From an uncultured Rhodanobacteraceae bacterium (GTDB lineage: Bacteria; Pseudomonadota; Gammaproteobacteria; Xanthomonadales; Rhodanobacteraceae): a stretch of 64,000 nucleotides of DNA. The position numbers were made by a program, and so were the translations under genes. The notes beneath the pieces were generated by a model. It saw only the letters and a program-made list of their open reading frames with translations, was not told where the DNA came from and did not search any database. Shown one piece after another: positions 27,842 to 38,583 of the stretch. How positions within the stretch are numbered: position 1 is the first letter of the stretch; each line of letters begins with the position of its first letter. The stretch is from the NCBI GenBank assembly GCA_964566965.1, contig CAZMKO010000003.1, forward strand, positions 5,624-69,623, given 5' to 3'.

Positions 27842-29710
27842 ATGGCCGAACGCACACGCAGTGGTTTCGGTGGATTCGTGTGGACCTTGTTGCGGGGCAT
27901 CAACCTGATCCGCCTGGTCATACTCAACCTGGTGTTTTTCGGGCTGCTGGCATGGCTGGCGCTCGTGCTGGGGCGCAAGCCGCCGCCGCTGCAGGATGCC
28001 ACCGTGCTGGTGCTCAAGCCGTCGGGCCAGCTGGTCGAGCAGTTCAGCGCCTCGCCGCTGGCGCGCGCGCTGGACACCTTGTCCGGCCAGGATGTACGCC
28101 AGGTTCGCGTGCGCGACATGGTCGACGCCATCGACCGGGCGGCCGGCGATGCCCATATCGGGCGCATCCTGCTGCTGCCCGGCGAGCTGGAGACCCGTGG
28201 CTTCGCCTCGCTTCATGAAGTGGCTGCGGCGCTGGACCGCTTTCGTGCGGCGGGCAAGCGCGTGACGGTGTGGGCCAGCCAGCTGGACCGCAACCAGTAT
28301 TACCTGTCCGCGCACGCCGACCGCGTGCTGCTCGATCCGATGGGTGGGGTGATGATTACCGGCCTGTCCAGCTACCGCCTGTTTTACCGGGACCTGCTGG
28401 ACAAGCTGGGCGCGAAGGTGCACCTGTTCCGGGTCGGCCAGTTCAAGTCCGCCGCCGAGCCGTACGTGCTCGACCATGCATCCGATGCCGCCAAGGAGGC
28501 CGACCGCTACTGGTTGGGCGGATTGTGGTCGCAGTGGATCGCGGACGTGGCCGCGCAACGTTCGCTGGATCCGGCCGCGCTGGAACGGGACGTCGACACT
28601 TGGCCGACATCCCTGGCGGCGGGGAAGGGCGACAGCGCGGCGCTGGCCGAGAAGCTGGGATGGATCGACGGTACCGCCACCCACAATGAACTGATCGCGA
28701 TGCTGCGCCGCCAGGGTGTTCCCGCCGGCCACGGCCGGCACGGGTTCCGCCAGGTGGACATGGACGACTACCTGGCACGCGTGCGTCCGCGTCCGCGCGA
28801 CGGCCGTCATGCCGACATCGCGATCGTGGTCGCCGAAGGCGAGATCCGCGCCGGTCGGCAGATGCCGGGCCGCATCGGCGGGGAGTCCACCGCCAAACTG
28901 ATCCGCGAGGCGCGCCAGGATCCGTCCATCAAGGCCCTGGTGTTGCGCGTCAATTCACCCGGCGGGGCCGTGTATCCGGCCGAACGCATCCGCCGCGAGG
29001 TGGCATGGACGCGCGAGGCCGGCAAGCCGGTGGTGGTGTCGATGGGTGACGTGGCGGCCAGTGGCGGCTACTGGATCGCCATGGATGCCGACCGCATCTA
29101 CGCCGAACCCGATACCATCACCGGCTCGATCGGCATCTTCGGCATGTTGCTGGATGTGCCCGACACGCTGGACAGGATCGGCGTGCACAGCGACGGTGTC
29201 GGTGTGGGGCCGCTGGCCGGTGCCTTCGACATCACCCGGCCGCTGGACCCGGACGTGGCACGCATGGTGCAGAGCAGTGTGGAAAAAGGCTACCGCGACT
29301 TCGTCGGGGGCGTGGCGCGCGCACGCGGCAAGTCGGTACAAGCCGTGGACCGCATCGCGCAGGGACGGGTATGGACCGGCCGCCAGGCGCGCGAGCGCGG
29401 ATTGGTGGATCAACTCGGTGGTCTGCACGAGGCGGTGGCTGCCGCCGCGAAACTGGCCCACTTGGGCGATGCCTGGTCGGTCGGTTACCTGCGTCCCCGG
29501 ATTTCCGGCTTCGGCCGCTTCATGCAGGGCGTCAGCGAGAGTGGCTCGGCGCGCGCGTTGCTGGCGCACGGCATCCGCCTGCCGCGTTGGGCCGCCGCAC
29601 TGGCGCAACGTGCCGAACCGGATCTGGCGCTGTGGCGGCAGGCGCGCGCGGGTCGGCCAGGCATCTACGCTTATTGCTTCTGCCGCGCGCCCGTCGCTGG
29701 TACCTTCTGA
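27842..29710 (+). CDS. sppA: Signal peptide peptidase SppA (67K type)
   Basis: VGQFKSAAEP; LRVNSPGG; SMGDVAASGGY; TITGSIG; AQGRVWTG. Confidence 0.95.
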   Translation: MAERTRSGFGGFVWTLLRGINLIRLVILNLVFFGLLAWLALVLGRKPPPLQDATVLVLKPSGQLVEQFSASPLARALDTLSGQDVRQVRVRDMVDAIDRAAGDAHIGRILLLPGELETRGFASLHEVAAALDRFRAAGKRVTVWASQLDRNQYYLSAHADRVLLDPMGGVMITGLSSYRLFYRDLLDKLGAKVHLFRVGQFKSAAEPYVLDHASDAAKEADRYWLGGLWSQWIADVAAQRSLDPAALERDVDTWPTSLAAGKGDSAALAEKLGWIDGTATHNELIAMLRRQGVPAGHGRHGFRQVDMDDYLARVRPRPRDGRHADIAIVVAEGEIRAGRQMPGRIGGESTAKLIREARQDPSIKALVLRVNSPGGAVYPAERIRREVAWTREAGKPVVVSMGDVAASGGYWIAMDADRIYAEPDTITGSIGIFGMLLDVPDTLDRIGVHSDGVGVGPLAGAFDITRPLDPDVARMVQSSVEKGYRDFVGGVARARGKSVQAVDRIAQGRVWTGRQARERGLVDQLGGLHEAVAAAAKLAHLGDAWSVGYLRPRISGFGRFMQGVSESGSARALLAHGIRLPRWAAALAQRAEPDLALWRQARAGRPGIYAYCFCRAPVAGTF

Positions 29711-29756
29711 GTCTCGCAGACGAAGGGCGCATCGACGTCCGTCGGAGGAGATCATC

Positions 29757-30104
29757 ATGATTCATCAAGGCAGCTGCCATTGCGGTCGCATCCAGTTCGA
29801 CGTTGAAGGCGAGCCGGGCGGGCTCATCGAGTGCAACTGTTCGCATTGCAGTCGCAAGGGCTACCTGCTGTGGTTCGTGCCACGCGACGCGGTGCGCTTG
29901 AAAACGCCGGCATCCGACATGGCGACCTACACGTTCAACAAGCATGTCATCGAACATCATTTCTGCCCGGTCTGCGGCTGCGCGCCGCTCGGGTTCGGCA
30001 AGGACGGTGACGGCAACGCGACCGCCGCCGTGAACGTGCGTTGTCTGCCCGACCTGGATCGTTCGGACCTGCCGGTGCGGCAGGTGGACGGACGCAGCCT
30101 GTGA
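29757..30104 (+). CDS. GFA/CENP-V family zinc-binding protein
   Basis: GSCHCG; CNCSHC; HHFCPVCG; AVNVRC; RBS GGAGGAG. Confidence 0.92.
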   Translation: MIHQGSCHCGRIQFDVEGEPGGLIECNCSHCSRKGYLLWFVPRDAVRLKTPASDMATYTFNKHVIEHHFCPVCGCAPLGFGKDGDGNATAAVNVRCLPDLDRSDLPVRQVDGRSL

Positions 30105-30937
30105 GCGTGCCGGCCGACGACGGGCAGCACGCTGCCACGTACGCGGCCGGCCCGGCCGCCGCCCGGCGTGAACGCTGGCGCCTCGACGGTCACACCGCAC
30201 TGGTCACCGGTGCCAGCCAGGGTATCGGCCGAGCCTGCGCCCGCGAACTGGCCCTGCTTGGTGCCGACGTGTTGATGGTGGCGCGTGACGAGGGCCATCT
30301 GGAGCAGGCACGCGCCGAGCTGGCCGAGGAATGTCCGGAGCGCCGGGTGCTGGCGTTGGCCGCCGACCTGGCCCAGGACGAGGACCGGCTGGCGGTTTTC
30401 GACTGGGTGCGCGACCTGGATACGGCCCTGTCGCTGCTGATCAACAACGTCGGCGCGAACACGGTCAAGCCGGCGCTGGATTACACCCGTCAGGAGTGGC
30501 ACGCGCTGGTGGCGACCAACCTGGACAGCGCCTGGGAGTTGAGCCGGCTGGCGCATCCGCATCTGGTGCAGCACGCGCACGCGGCCATCGTCAATGTCGG
30601 CTCGGTGTCCGGCGCCGTCCATGTGCGTACCGGCGCGCCCTACGGCATGACCAAGGCCGCCCTGCACCAGCTGACCCGCAACCTGGCCTGCGAGTGGGCC
30701 GACGACGGCATCCGCGTCAACGCCGTGGCCCCGTGGTATATCCGTACGCGGCGTTCGCAGCCCGCCCTGGCCGACATGGATTACCTGGACGAGGTGTTGT
30801 CGCGCACGCCGATGCAACGCATCGGCGAGCCCGAGGAGGTGGCGGCGGCGGTGGCATTCCTGTGCCTGCCCGCGGCCAGCTACATCACCGGCGAGGTCGT
30901 GGCCGTCGACGGTGGATTCCTGAAGTACGGCTTTTGA
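30101..30937 (+). CDS. SDR oxidoreductase (tropinone reductase-like)
   Basis: TGASQGIG; NNVG; YGMTK; [19 protein letters not shown]. Confidence 0.92.
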   Translation: MSVPADDGQHAATYAAGPAAARRERWRLDGHTALVTGASQGIGRACARELALLGADVLMVARDEGHLEQARAELAEECPERRVLALAADLAQDEDRLAVFDWVRDLDTALSLLINNVGANTVKPALDYTRQEWHALVATNLDSAWELSRLAHPHLVQHAHAAIVNVGSVSGAVHVRTGAPYGMTKAALHQLTRNLACEWADDGIRVNAVAPWYIRTRRSQPALADMDYLDEVLSRTPMQRIGEPEEVAAAVAFLCLPAASYITGEVVAVDGGFLKYGF

Positions 30938-30978
30938 GGGGCATTGTCGTTCTTCCCCCGGGAAGGTGCGGTCGCGCG

Positions 30979-31809
30979 TCAGTCCAGCGCGGCGTGATAC
31001 CACCGGCCGCGCCGTCGCACCCGGACCGGCATGCCGAACGTGGTTCCGAGCGCGGTGTCGGTCAGCAGTGCCGATTTGCGGCCGTGCCGCCACACGCGTC
31101 CCTCGCGCAACAGCACCAGGTGGCCGATTTCCGGCAGGATTTCTTCGACATGGTGGGTGACCATCAGCAGCGTGGTGCCGTCACGGGCGAGGCTGCGCAG
31201 GTCTTCCAGAAAGCGGCGCCGGCTGACCAGGTCCAGCCCGGCGCAGGGCTCGTCCAGCAGCAGGGCCCGCGGCCGGTGCACCAGCGCGCGGGCGATCATC
31301 ACGCGGCGTGCCTCGCCGGTGGACAGACTTCCCAGGTCGCGTTCGGCCAGGTGGCCGGCGTCCATCCGTTCCAGGGCCTCGTGAGCCCGTTGCCGCATGG
31401 CGTCGCTGACCCGGTGCATGGCGGTGGTGCCGCGGGCGGCGAAAAATCCCGAGACGACCGCGTCGAAGGCCGGCAGCGGTCCGGTGGCGGTGAAGTCGTG
31501 TTGCCATGCCGGGGAGACGATGCCGAGCAGGCCGCGCAACTCGGCCACGTTCCAGCGCTCGCGGCCGAACACGCGAACCGGACCGCGCCCGTCGGACCGG
31601 GCCAGCGGGTAGATCTGGCGTGTGATCAATTTCACCAGCGTGGACTTGCCTGCGCCGTTCGCGCCCAGGATGGCCGTGTGCCGCCCCACGGAGACGCGCA
31701 GGGTGACATGCTGGAGGATCAGCCGGCCGTCACGCATCACGCTGGCATCGTCCATGTCCAGCAGCGCGGTGTCGGGGGCGGAAGGTCGGTCGGCAGGCAT
31801 GTCGTCCAT
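30979..31809 (-). CDS. ABC ATP-binding protein (ModF-like, stand-alone)
   Basis: GANGAGKST; LSTGE; LLLDEP; VTHH. Confidence 0.88.
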   Translation of the reverse strand: MDDMPADRPSAPDTALLDMDDASVMRDGRLILQHVTLRVSVGRHTAILGANGAGKSTLVKLITRQIYPLARSDGRGPVRVFGRERWNVAELRGLLGIVSPAWQHDFTATGPLPAFDAVVSGFFAARGTTAMHRVSDAMRQRAHEALERMDAGHLAERDLGSLSTGEARRVMIARALVHRPRALLLDEPCAGLDLVSRRRFLEDLRSLARDGTTLLMVTHHVEEILPEIGHLVLLREGRVWRHGRKSALLTDTALGTTFGMPVRVRRRGRWYHAALD

Positions 31810-31938
31810 GATGCCGCCCGCGTGCCGTCCCGGTAAGCCCTGTCGGCGCGCTTATGCCGAATGGGCGTGAACGGTGGGACGGACATTGATGTCCGAAAAC
31901 GGCTGGTTCGTGCCGGCGTGCCGGATTACGCTGGACTC

Positions 31939-33393
31939 ATGCAAGAGGTTGTCACCACAGCACTGCCCGATCCGTCGGTGTGCGAACAGGCCCGTCTGAC
32001 CCGTGATGCGCGTTTTGACGGCCTGTTCTTCACGGCCGTCACCAGTACCGGCATCTTCTGTCGGCCGGTATGCCCGGCGCCGCCGGCCCGGCCCCGGAAC
32101 GTGCGTTACTTCGCCACGGCCGCGGCGGCCGCCGCCGCCGGCTTCCGTCCTTGCCTGCGCTGCCTGCCCGAGCGGGCCGCCGGAGCGTCCTCGTGGCGCG
32201 GTGGCAATGCCCTGGTGGCCGGCGCGTTGCGGCTGATCGATGACGGTTTCCTGGACGAGGCGCCGGTCGCCGCCCTGGCGGCACGGGTGGGGGTGGGCGA
32301 GCGACAGTTGCGGCGCCTGTTCGTGGCCCAGCTGGGCGCGGGTCCGGCGCGGGTGGCGGCGACGCGACGACTGTTGTTCGCCAAGCAGTTGCTGGGCGAG
32401 ACGGCCCTGCCGGTCACCGAGATCGCGCTGGCGGCTGGCTATGGCAGCGTGCGTCGCTTCAATGCCGCGTTCCGCGACGCCTATGGGCGCCCGCCCCGCG
32501 AGCTGCGGCGTGAGCGGGTGCCACGCGCCGGTGGCGAGGTGTGCCTGTACCTGCCGTGGCGTCCCCCGTTCGATTTTGCCGGCCTGGCCGCGTTTTTCGG
32601 TCGGCGTGCCCTGCCTGGCCTGGAGACGGTGAGCGATGGCGTCTACCGGCGCCGGTTTGTGCTCGACGGGGCGCCGGGCGATGTCGCGGTGGATGTGCCG
32701 GCCGGCGCACATCGGCTGCGGGTTCGCGTGCGTCACCGCTCGGTGCGTGTGTTGCCGGACGTCGTGGCCCGGGTGCGGCGTCTGTTCGATCTGGATGCCG
32801 ATGTCATGGTGGTCGCCGCCGTGCTGGGGCGCGACCCCATGCTCGCCGCGCCGCTGGCGGCCGGCCCCGGGATACGCGTGCCGGGCGGGTGGAGCGGTTT
32901 CGAAGTGGCGGTGCGTGCCGTTCTCGGGCAGCAGGTCAGCGTGGCCGCGGCGCGTACCCTGGCCGCACGACTGGTGGCTCTTTGCGGTGAGCGGCATGCG
33001 GACGCGGCGATCGGTGAAGTGGTCGCGTTCCCCACGCCGCAGGCGGTGGCCCGTGCGGACCTGTCCGGCATCGGCCTGGTGGGTCGGCGCGCGGCGAGCC
33101 TGCGTGGCATGGCCCGGGCCGTGGCCGAGGGCCGCGTCGGATTCCGGCCAGAGCGCGGACTGGAAGCTTTCGTCGCCGAATGGACGGCCTTGCCCGGCAT
33201 CGGCCCGTGGACCGCCCATTACGTGGCCATGCGGGCACTCGGACATCCCGATGCCTTTCCCGCGGCCGACCTGGTGTTGCGCAAGGCCGCCGGCGGTGGC
33301 CACAAGATGGCGACCCGGGACCTGGAGCGGCACAGCCAGGCCTGGCGGCCATGGCGCGCCTACGCCACCATGCTGCTGTGGCGTGGTGCCTGA
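31939..33393 (+). CDS. Ada/AlkA fusion (Ada Zn site, AraC HTH, 3-methyladenine glycosylase)
   Basis: TGIFCRPVC; FRPCLRC; AraC HTH; RAVLGQQVS; HhH LPGIGPWTA; AFPAADL. Confidence 0.92.
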   Translation: MQEVVTTALPDPSVCEQARLTRDARFDGLFFTAVTSTGIFCRPVCPAPPARPRNVRYFATAAAAAAAGFRPCLRCLPERAAGASSWRGGNALVAGALRLIDDGFLDEAPVAALAARVGVGERQLRRLFVAQLGAGPARVAATRRLLFAKQLLGETALPVTEIALAAGYGSVRRFNAAFRDAYGRPPRELRRERVPRAGGEVCLYLPWRPPFDFAGLAAFFGRRALPGLETVSDGVYRRRFVLDGAPGDVAVDVPAGAHRLRVRVRHRSVRVLPDVVARVRRLFDLDADVMVVAAVLGRDPMLAAPLAAGPGIRVPGGWSGFEVAVRAVLGQQVSVAAARTLAARLVALCGERHADAAIGEVVAFPTPQAVARADLSGIGLVGRRAASLRGMARAVAEGRVGFRPERGLEAFVAEWTALPGIGPWTAHYVAMRALGHPDAFPAADLVLRKAAGGGHKMATRDLERHSQAWRPWRAYATMLLWRGA

Positions 33394-33407
33394 CTGGAGT
33401 GGACGAA

Positions 33408-33923
33408 ATGACCCGACAATCCGCGATTTTCCATGACGACCTGGATACGCCCATCGGCCGGCTGCGGCTGGTGATGGACGAGGTGGGGCTGGCCTACGTG
33501 AGCCTGCCGCACGAAAAACACCCGCTGGAAATCCGCAGCCATTGGCGCCGCGATCGTACCCGGCTGGCCGAGGCTCGACGTCAGTTCGAGGCCTGGTTTG
33601 CCGGCGAGCTGCATGTGTTCGACCTGCTGCTGCATCCGCGCGGTACCCCGTTCCAGCTGGCGGTATGGGAGGGCTTGCGCACGATTCCCTATGCCGAGAC
33701 CCGCAGCTACGGCGACCTCGCCCGCCAGATCGGCCGGCCGCGGGCGGTCCGTGCCGTCGGGGCGGCCAACGGTGCCAACCCGTTGGCCATCGTGGTGCCG
33801 TGTCACCGTGTCATCGGCAGCAACGGCAGCCTGACCGGCTACGGTGGCGGGCTGGACGCCAAGCGTTGGCTGCTGGCCCATGAACGCCGGCATGCACCGG
33901 CCCGGACGCTGGTGCTGGCGTAG
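33408..33923 (+). CDS. ogt: Methylated-DNA-protein-cysteine methyltransferase
   Basis: GTPFQ; RAVGAANGANP; active site PCHRV. Confidence 0.95.
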   Translation: MTRQSAIFHDDLDTPIGRLRLVMDEVGLAYVSLPHEKHPLEIRSHWRRDRTRLAEARRQFEAWFAGELHVFDLLLHPRGTPFQLAVWEGLRTIPYAETRSYGDLARQIGRPRAVRAVGAANGANPLAIVVPCHRVIGSNGSLTGYGGGLDAKRWLLAHERRHAPARTLVLA

Positions 33924-33972
33924 GCAAAGCCGGGCCGACGCTCGCGGCAGGCGGCCGATTTTCCATGTGTTC

Positions 33973-34665
33973 TCAGTCGCGCGAACAACCCGCCATGCGG
34001 GTTTCGAGCTGCCGTCGACGTGCGCGCAATGGCGCACGCTCGCTCTCGAAGGCCTTGCGGATGGCGTCCTCGTTGGCATCGTGCTGCCGCGCCAGTGCGG
34101 CGCAGGCGGCTCGCGGCGTCAGCGGCGTGCAGACATCGCGTACCGGCGTCATGTAGGCGCCGATGGTGGCTGACGAGGGGCGGTTGGCCAATTCCGGGGC
34201 GGACAGGCCCACGCCGGGGCCCTGGTGGCTGCCGTAGACCTCGGCAAGTGGTTGCCGGAGTCCTCCCAGCATGCCGATCGGTGCCAGATAGGGCGGCGGT
34301 GTGCCGTGGTCGTCGAGGTAGGTGGTGCCGTCGGTGGCGCGGGTGCAGCGGTACAGGCGCGGTGGCGCCGCCACCGGCGGTTCACGGTGCGCGCGCGAGG
34401 GGCCCGGGCGGGGTGCCGGCGCGGCCCGTGGCATGTGCGGCACGGGTGCGGGCGTCGGCGGGGCCGATCGCAATGACCTTATCTCCTGGTGCTGGTCGCG
34501 CGGGCAGGGGCGATCCTGGTAACTGACGCGCCCGTCTGCCGCCGTGCACTGGTACACCGTGCCGGCCCCTGCCGGGGCGGCCAGCAACGCCAGGCACATC
34601 GTGAGCCACCGGTGACACTGTCTCATGCCGATCATGATAGCGGTGCGGCGGATCGGTGGCGTCAC
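33973..34665 (-). CDS. DUF4124-domain exported protein
   Basis: Signal-like segment then VYQCTAADGRVSYQDRPC; GTGA overlap with degV; start uncertain. Confidence 0.75.
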   Translation of the reverse strand: MTPPIRRTAIMIGMRQCHRWLTMCLALLAAPAGAGTVYQCTAADGRVSYQDRPCPRDQHQEIRSLRSAPPTPAPVPHMPRAAPAPRPGPSRAHREPPVAAPPRLYRCTRATDGTTYLDDHGTPPPYLAPIGMLGGLRQPLAEVYGSHQGPGVGLSAPELANRPSSATIGAYMTPVRDVCTPLTPRAACAALARQHDANEDAIRKAFESERAPLRARRRQLETRMAGCSRD

Positions 34666-35606
34666 AACGACAGCGGGTCGTCCTCGCAGAGGTAGCCGAG
34701 GGTCAGCGCACCTTCACCGACGTTGACCATACCGGTGATGCTCATGGGGCTTTCCAGCAGGGTTGCGCCGCCGTCCGCACAGGCCCGGGCCAGTGCCTCG
34801 TAGCCGGGCAGGTTGCGCATGATGTCCAGTTCGCCGCCATAGCCGAGGCACACCGTGGGTGCCATCAGACCGGCATGCACCCGTGCGGCGGCATGCTCGA
34901 ACAGGGTTTGGGCACCGTTTTCGAAGCCACGGGGGCGTGCCACCGGGCCGGTCTGGCCGCGCCATCCGCGCAGCAGCGGCTTGATGTCCAGTGCCGAACC
35001 CAGGGTCGCGCCCACCCATCCGATGCTGCGGTCGCCCTTGCGGCGCGCACGGGCGCGCAGGTAGTGCAGGTCGCGTGGCAACAGGTAGCCGTACGCATGT
35101 CGGGCCAGCACGCCGAGGCGCTCACGAATGGCGCCGGGAGCCTGCCCCTCGGCGATCAGGTGGGCGGCTTCGGCGACCAGGGCACCGGAGCCGGCGAACA
35201 GGGTTTGCGTGTCGATCACCCGCAGCAGGAACTGGCCTTGATGGCCGGCCTGTTCACGTACTTCCCGATAGCGCTTGAGGACACCGAACGCGGCTTTTTC
35301 CAGGTTGGCGTGCGTGTCGCTGCGGGTGGCGCTCGTGGTCAGGCAGAACAGGCAGTCGTAGCGGATGACCAGTTCATCCAGGATGAAGGCCTCGATGTCC
35401 GGTGTCGACAACGGCGCGGTATCGGCGTGTGCTGCCGACAGAGAGCCTTCGCGCTCCAGAAAACGGCGCACGTCGTTGGGATCGCGGTGGTCGGGGAAGG
35501 CTTGTCCATCAAGGTCGACCCGGACCGGCAACACCGTGATCCCGTGTTGCGAGATGAAATCACGGGGCAGATCACAGGTGGCATCCATCACCAGGCCGGT
35601 GCGCAT
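34662..35606 (-). CDS. DegV family fatty-acid-binding protein
   Basis: LVMDATCDLP; VIDTQT; GSALDIKP; NVGEGAL. Confidence 0.88.
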   Translation of the reverse strand: MRTGLVMDATCDLPRDFISQHGITVLPVRVDLDGQAFPDHRDPNDVRRFLEREGSLSAAHADTAPLSTPDIEAFILDELVIRYDCLFCLTTSATRSDTHANLEKAAFGVLKRYREVREQAGHQGQFLLRVIDTQTLFAGSGALVAEAAHLIAEGQAPGAIRERLGVLARHAYGYLLPRDLHYLRARARRKGDRSIGWVGATLGSALDIKPLLRGWRGQTGPVARPRGFENGAQTLFEHAAARVHAGLMAPTVCLGYGGELDIMRNLPGYEALARACADGGATLLESPMSITGMVNVGEGALTLGYLCEDDPLSL

Positions 35607-35794
35607 GCAATCATCCTTGCCGCGGGAGCGGCGCCGTCGAATGGGGCCAGTCTAGCGATCCGCCGGCGGCTGCCAACCGGAACTTTTCCTATGGAGGCCC
35701 TGGATAGCTACGGCTGTTCGCCTCAAATGGTCGAAAAATCCGACTCGAACCACGTTGCGTCGCTCGCACGGTTTCTACCATTCGCACTCCTCGT

Positions 35795-35966
35795 GGGAGC
35801 CTCGAAAAACCTGGATTTTCATCAAGGCCACTGCAGGGAACCTGGAAAAACCGGATACTCGACGTCGATCTGTGGGAGCGGCTTCAGCCGCGATGGCGAG
35901 ATGCCCGCAAGTACGGATCGCGGCTGAAGCCGCTCCCACAAAAAAGCATGGTTTTTCGAGGTTCCC
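35795..35966. mobile_element. MITE-like element, second copy (inverted relative to 11675-11847)
   Basis: GGGAGCCTCGAAAAACC...GGTTTTTCGAGGTTCCC; internal TIR at 35836; REP pair 35871-35894/35917-35940; flanks TCGT/TAGT. Confidence 0.72.
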
Positions 35967-38383
35967 TAGTGCAGCTCGCGATAGGTTTCCGGGTCGAAAA
36001 CATCCACTTCGACCACGTTCTGGCGGGCCTCGCGGGCCGCGTCCAGCAATTGGTACTCCTGCTCGCTGATCACGCCCGCGGCCAGGGCCGTGTCGTCCAG
36101 CATGTGTCCCGGCGCGCGGTCGAGGCGGCCGTCGCGCACCGCGTCGCGCAACTTGACGTCCACCGGCATGGCGCGCACGGCTTTTTCCAGAGCCGCTTCC
36201 AGCGCGCCCAGGCCGGCTTCCTGCGGGTCGGGGATGTACACGTCCTCGGTGAGGTGCACGCGAGCCTCGCGGTTTTCCAGGATGGCGCGGGCGGCGCGCC
36301 GGCCGAGCTTGTCCGAGGGCGGACGGAAACGCGCACCCAGTGGAAACACCAGGAAACGGGCCAGCATGGCCAGAGGTCGTGAAGGCAGGTTGTCGAGCAC
36401 ACCCACGAGGGCTTCCTGCACGCGATACAGCGCCAGGGCGGTGGACCAGCGGGCCAGGTCGTAGTTGCTGGCCAGCTTGGTTTCGTCGTGATACCGCTTC
36501 AGTGACGCGGCGGCCAGGTATTGCCAGGCCAGCGCATCGGCCAGCCGTCCGGAAATTTTCTCGCGGCGTTTGAGCGAGCCGCCGAGTACGCCCATGGAGA
36601 TGTCGGAGATCAGCGCGAACGCGGCCGAGAAACGGCTCAGATGCTGATAGAAGCGTTTCACGTCGTGGGTCTCCGGCACGCGCGCCAGGCGGCTTCCGGT
36701 CAACGCCAGCAGAAACGCGCGCACGGCGCGTGTGACGACGAAGTTGGCGTAGCCGAAGGTGGCTTTGTCCAAGGCCTTGTGGTCGTTCTTGTCCACGGCC
36801 TGGATCAGGGTCTGCACGTAAGGGTGGCAGCGGATGGCGCCCTGGCCGTAGATGATCATGGAGCGGGTCAGGATGTTGGCGCCCTCCACGGTGATGCCGA
36901 TTGGCACCGACATCCACATGCGCGAGAGCAGGTTGCGCGGCCCGCGCTGGATGGCCGAGCCGGCGCGGATGTCCATGGCGTCGGACACCACCTCGCGCAT
37001 GCCCTCGGTGAGGTAGGCCTTGGCGATGGAACCCAGGACCGCCGGGCGTTCGCCGGCGTCCAGCGCGCCGCAGGTGAGGGTGCGCGTGGCGCTCATCATC
37101 CAGGTCATGCCGGCGATGCGGGCCAGCGGTTCCTCGATGCCCTCGAAACGGCCGATGGGCGTGTCGAACTGTTCGCGCACGGTGGCGTAGGCACCGCTGA
37201 TGCGGGTGGCCATCTGCGCGGCGCCCACCGACAGGGCCGGCAACGAGATCGACCGCCCCGCCGCGAGCGATTCCATCAGCATGCGCCAGCCCTGGCCGAT
37301 GCGCGCCCGCCCTCCGATGATCGCGTCCAATGGCACGAACACATCCTCGCCGGTGATCGGGCCGTTGGCAAAGGGCACGCCCATCGGGTCGTGGTGCTTG
37401 CCGATGGTGATGCCGGGCAGATCGCTGGCGATCAGCGCGCAGGTGATGCCGAGGTCCTCGGTGTCGCCGAGCAGGCCGTGCGGGTCGTGCAACCGGAAGG
37501 CCAGCCCGATCAGGCTCGCCACCGGTGCCAGCGTGATATAGCGCTTGTTCCAGTTGAGCCGCATGCCGAGCACTTCTTCGCCGTTCCACAGGCCGCGCTC
37601 GACGATGCCGGTGGATTGGGTGGCGGCCGCGTCCGAGCCGGCTTCGGGGCCGGTAAGGGCAAAGCAGGGAATGTCGCGGCCGTCGGCCAGGCGCGGCAGG
37701 TAGTGGTCCTTTTGCTCGTCGGTGCCGTATTCCAGCAGCAGCTCGGCCGGCCCCAGCGAGTTGGGCACCATCACGGTCACCGCCGCGGCGATGGAGCGGC
37801 TGGCGATGCGCGTGACCACGCGCGAGTGGCCGATCTCGGAAAACCCCAGTCCGCCGTAGCGCTCGGGGATGATCATGCCGAAGAAGCGTTCGCGCTTGAG
37901 GTAGTCCCAGGTTGCCTCGGACAAACCGCGGCGCTGTTCGATGTCCCAGTCGTCCATGTGCCGGCACAGTTCGGTCACCGGACCGTCCAGGAACGCCTGT
38001 TCGCGTTCACTGAGCGGCTGGCAGCGGAAGTCCAGCAGGCGGGCCCAGTCCGGCCGGCCGGAGAAAATCTGCGCGTCCCACCACACGCTGCCGGCTTCCA
38101 GCGCCACCCGTTCGGTGTCGCCCAGGCGGGGCAGCGCCTTGCCCAACAGCGGCATCAGGGCGCGCGCGAACAAGATTCGTCGCAGCGGCGCGAAGCCGGT
38201 CACCAGGGCCACCAGTGCGGCCAGGGCCAGCACCAGTGAGAATGTTGTCGTGACGCTGCCGGCGTCGATCAGCCAGGCGATGAACAGCACGCCCAAGCCG
38301 ACCACCCAGGCTATCCAGCCGCGCCCGAGGAAGGCCAGTGCCAGGGCGGCCAGCACGGCGATGATGATGGCGGCGATCCACAT
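35966..38383 (-). CDS. fadE: Long-chain acyl-CoA dehydrogenase FadE
   Basis: N-terminal TMs; TVMVPNSLGP; FALTGPEAGSD; WNKRYITLAP; ITVEGANILTR. Confidence 0.93.
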   Translation of the reverse strand: MWIAAIIIAVLAALALAFLGRGWIAWVVGLGVLFIAWLIDAGSVTTTFSLVLALAALVALVTGFAPLRRILFARALMPLLGKALPRLGDTERVALEAGSVWWDAQIFSGRPDWARLLDFRCQPLSEREQAFLDGPVTELCRHMDDWDIEQRRGLSEATWDYLKRERFFGMIIPERYGGLGFSEIGHSRVVTRIASRSIAAAVTVMVPNSLGPAELLLEYGTDEQKDHYLPRLADGRDIPCFALTGPEAGSDAAATQSTGIVERGLWNGEEVLGMRLNWNKRYITLAPVASLIGLAFRLHDPHGLLGDTEDLGITCALIASDLPGITIGKHHDPMGVPFANGPITGEDVFVPLDAIIGGRARIGQGWRMLMESLAAGRSISLPALSVGAAQMATRISGAYATVREQFDTPIGRFEGIEEPLARIAGMTWMMSATRTLTCGALDAGERPAVLGSIAKAYLTEGMREVVSDAMDIRAGSAIQRGPRNLLSRMWMSVPIGITVEGANILTRSMIIYGQGAIRCHPYVQTLIQAVDKNDHKALDKATFGYANFVVTRAVRAFLLALTGSRLARVPETHDVKRFYQHLSRFSAAFALISDISMGVLGGSLKRREKISGRLADALAWQYLAAASLKRYHDETKLASNYDLARWSTALALYRVQEALVGVLDNLPSRPLAMLARFLVFPLGARFRPPSDKLGRRAARAILENREARVHLTEDVYIPDPQEAGLGALEAALEKAVRAMPVDVKLRDAVRDGRLDRAPGHMLDDTALAAGVISEQEYQLLDAAREARQNVVEVDVFDPETYRELH

Positions 38384-38583
38384 GCAAGTACCCTCGCGAC
38401 GGACGGAGAGCCATTGTGCCAGTCCGAGTTTGAAGCCCACGCAAACGCGGTTCACGCGACGGCTTGCCCGGTGCCATTCAGGCAATCGGCGTACAATGGT
38501 CGGGATATGCAGAGGGCTTTTGGCCGGTGTGGCGTCACCGGCGTTGCGTGCCGCATGTGCGGCGCGCCTTGACGGACAGATAC

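Noticed and set aside
29046-29756. N-terminal extension of the GFA ORF
   Set aside because: Overlaps sppA; a strong RBS supports ATG 29757.
31880-31905. Possible Ada operator upstream of ada/alkA
   Set aside because: Could not match it confidently to a known Ada box.
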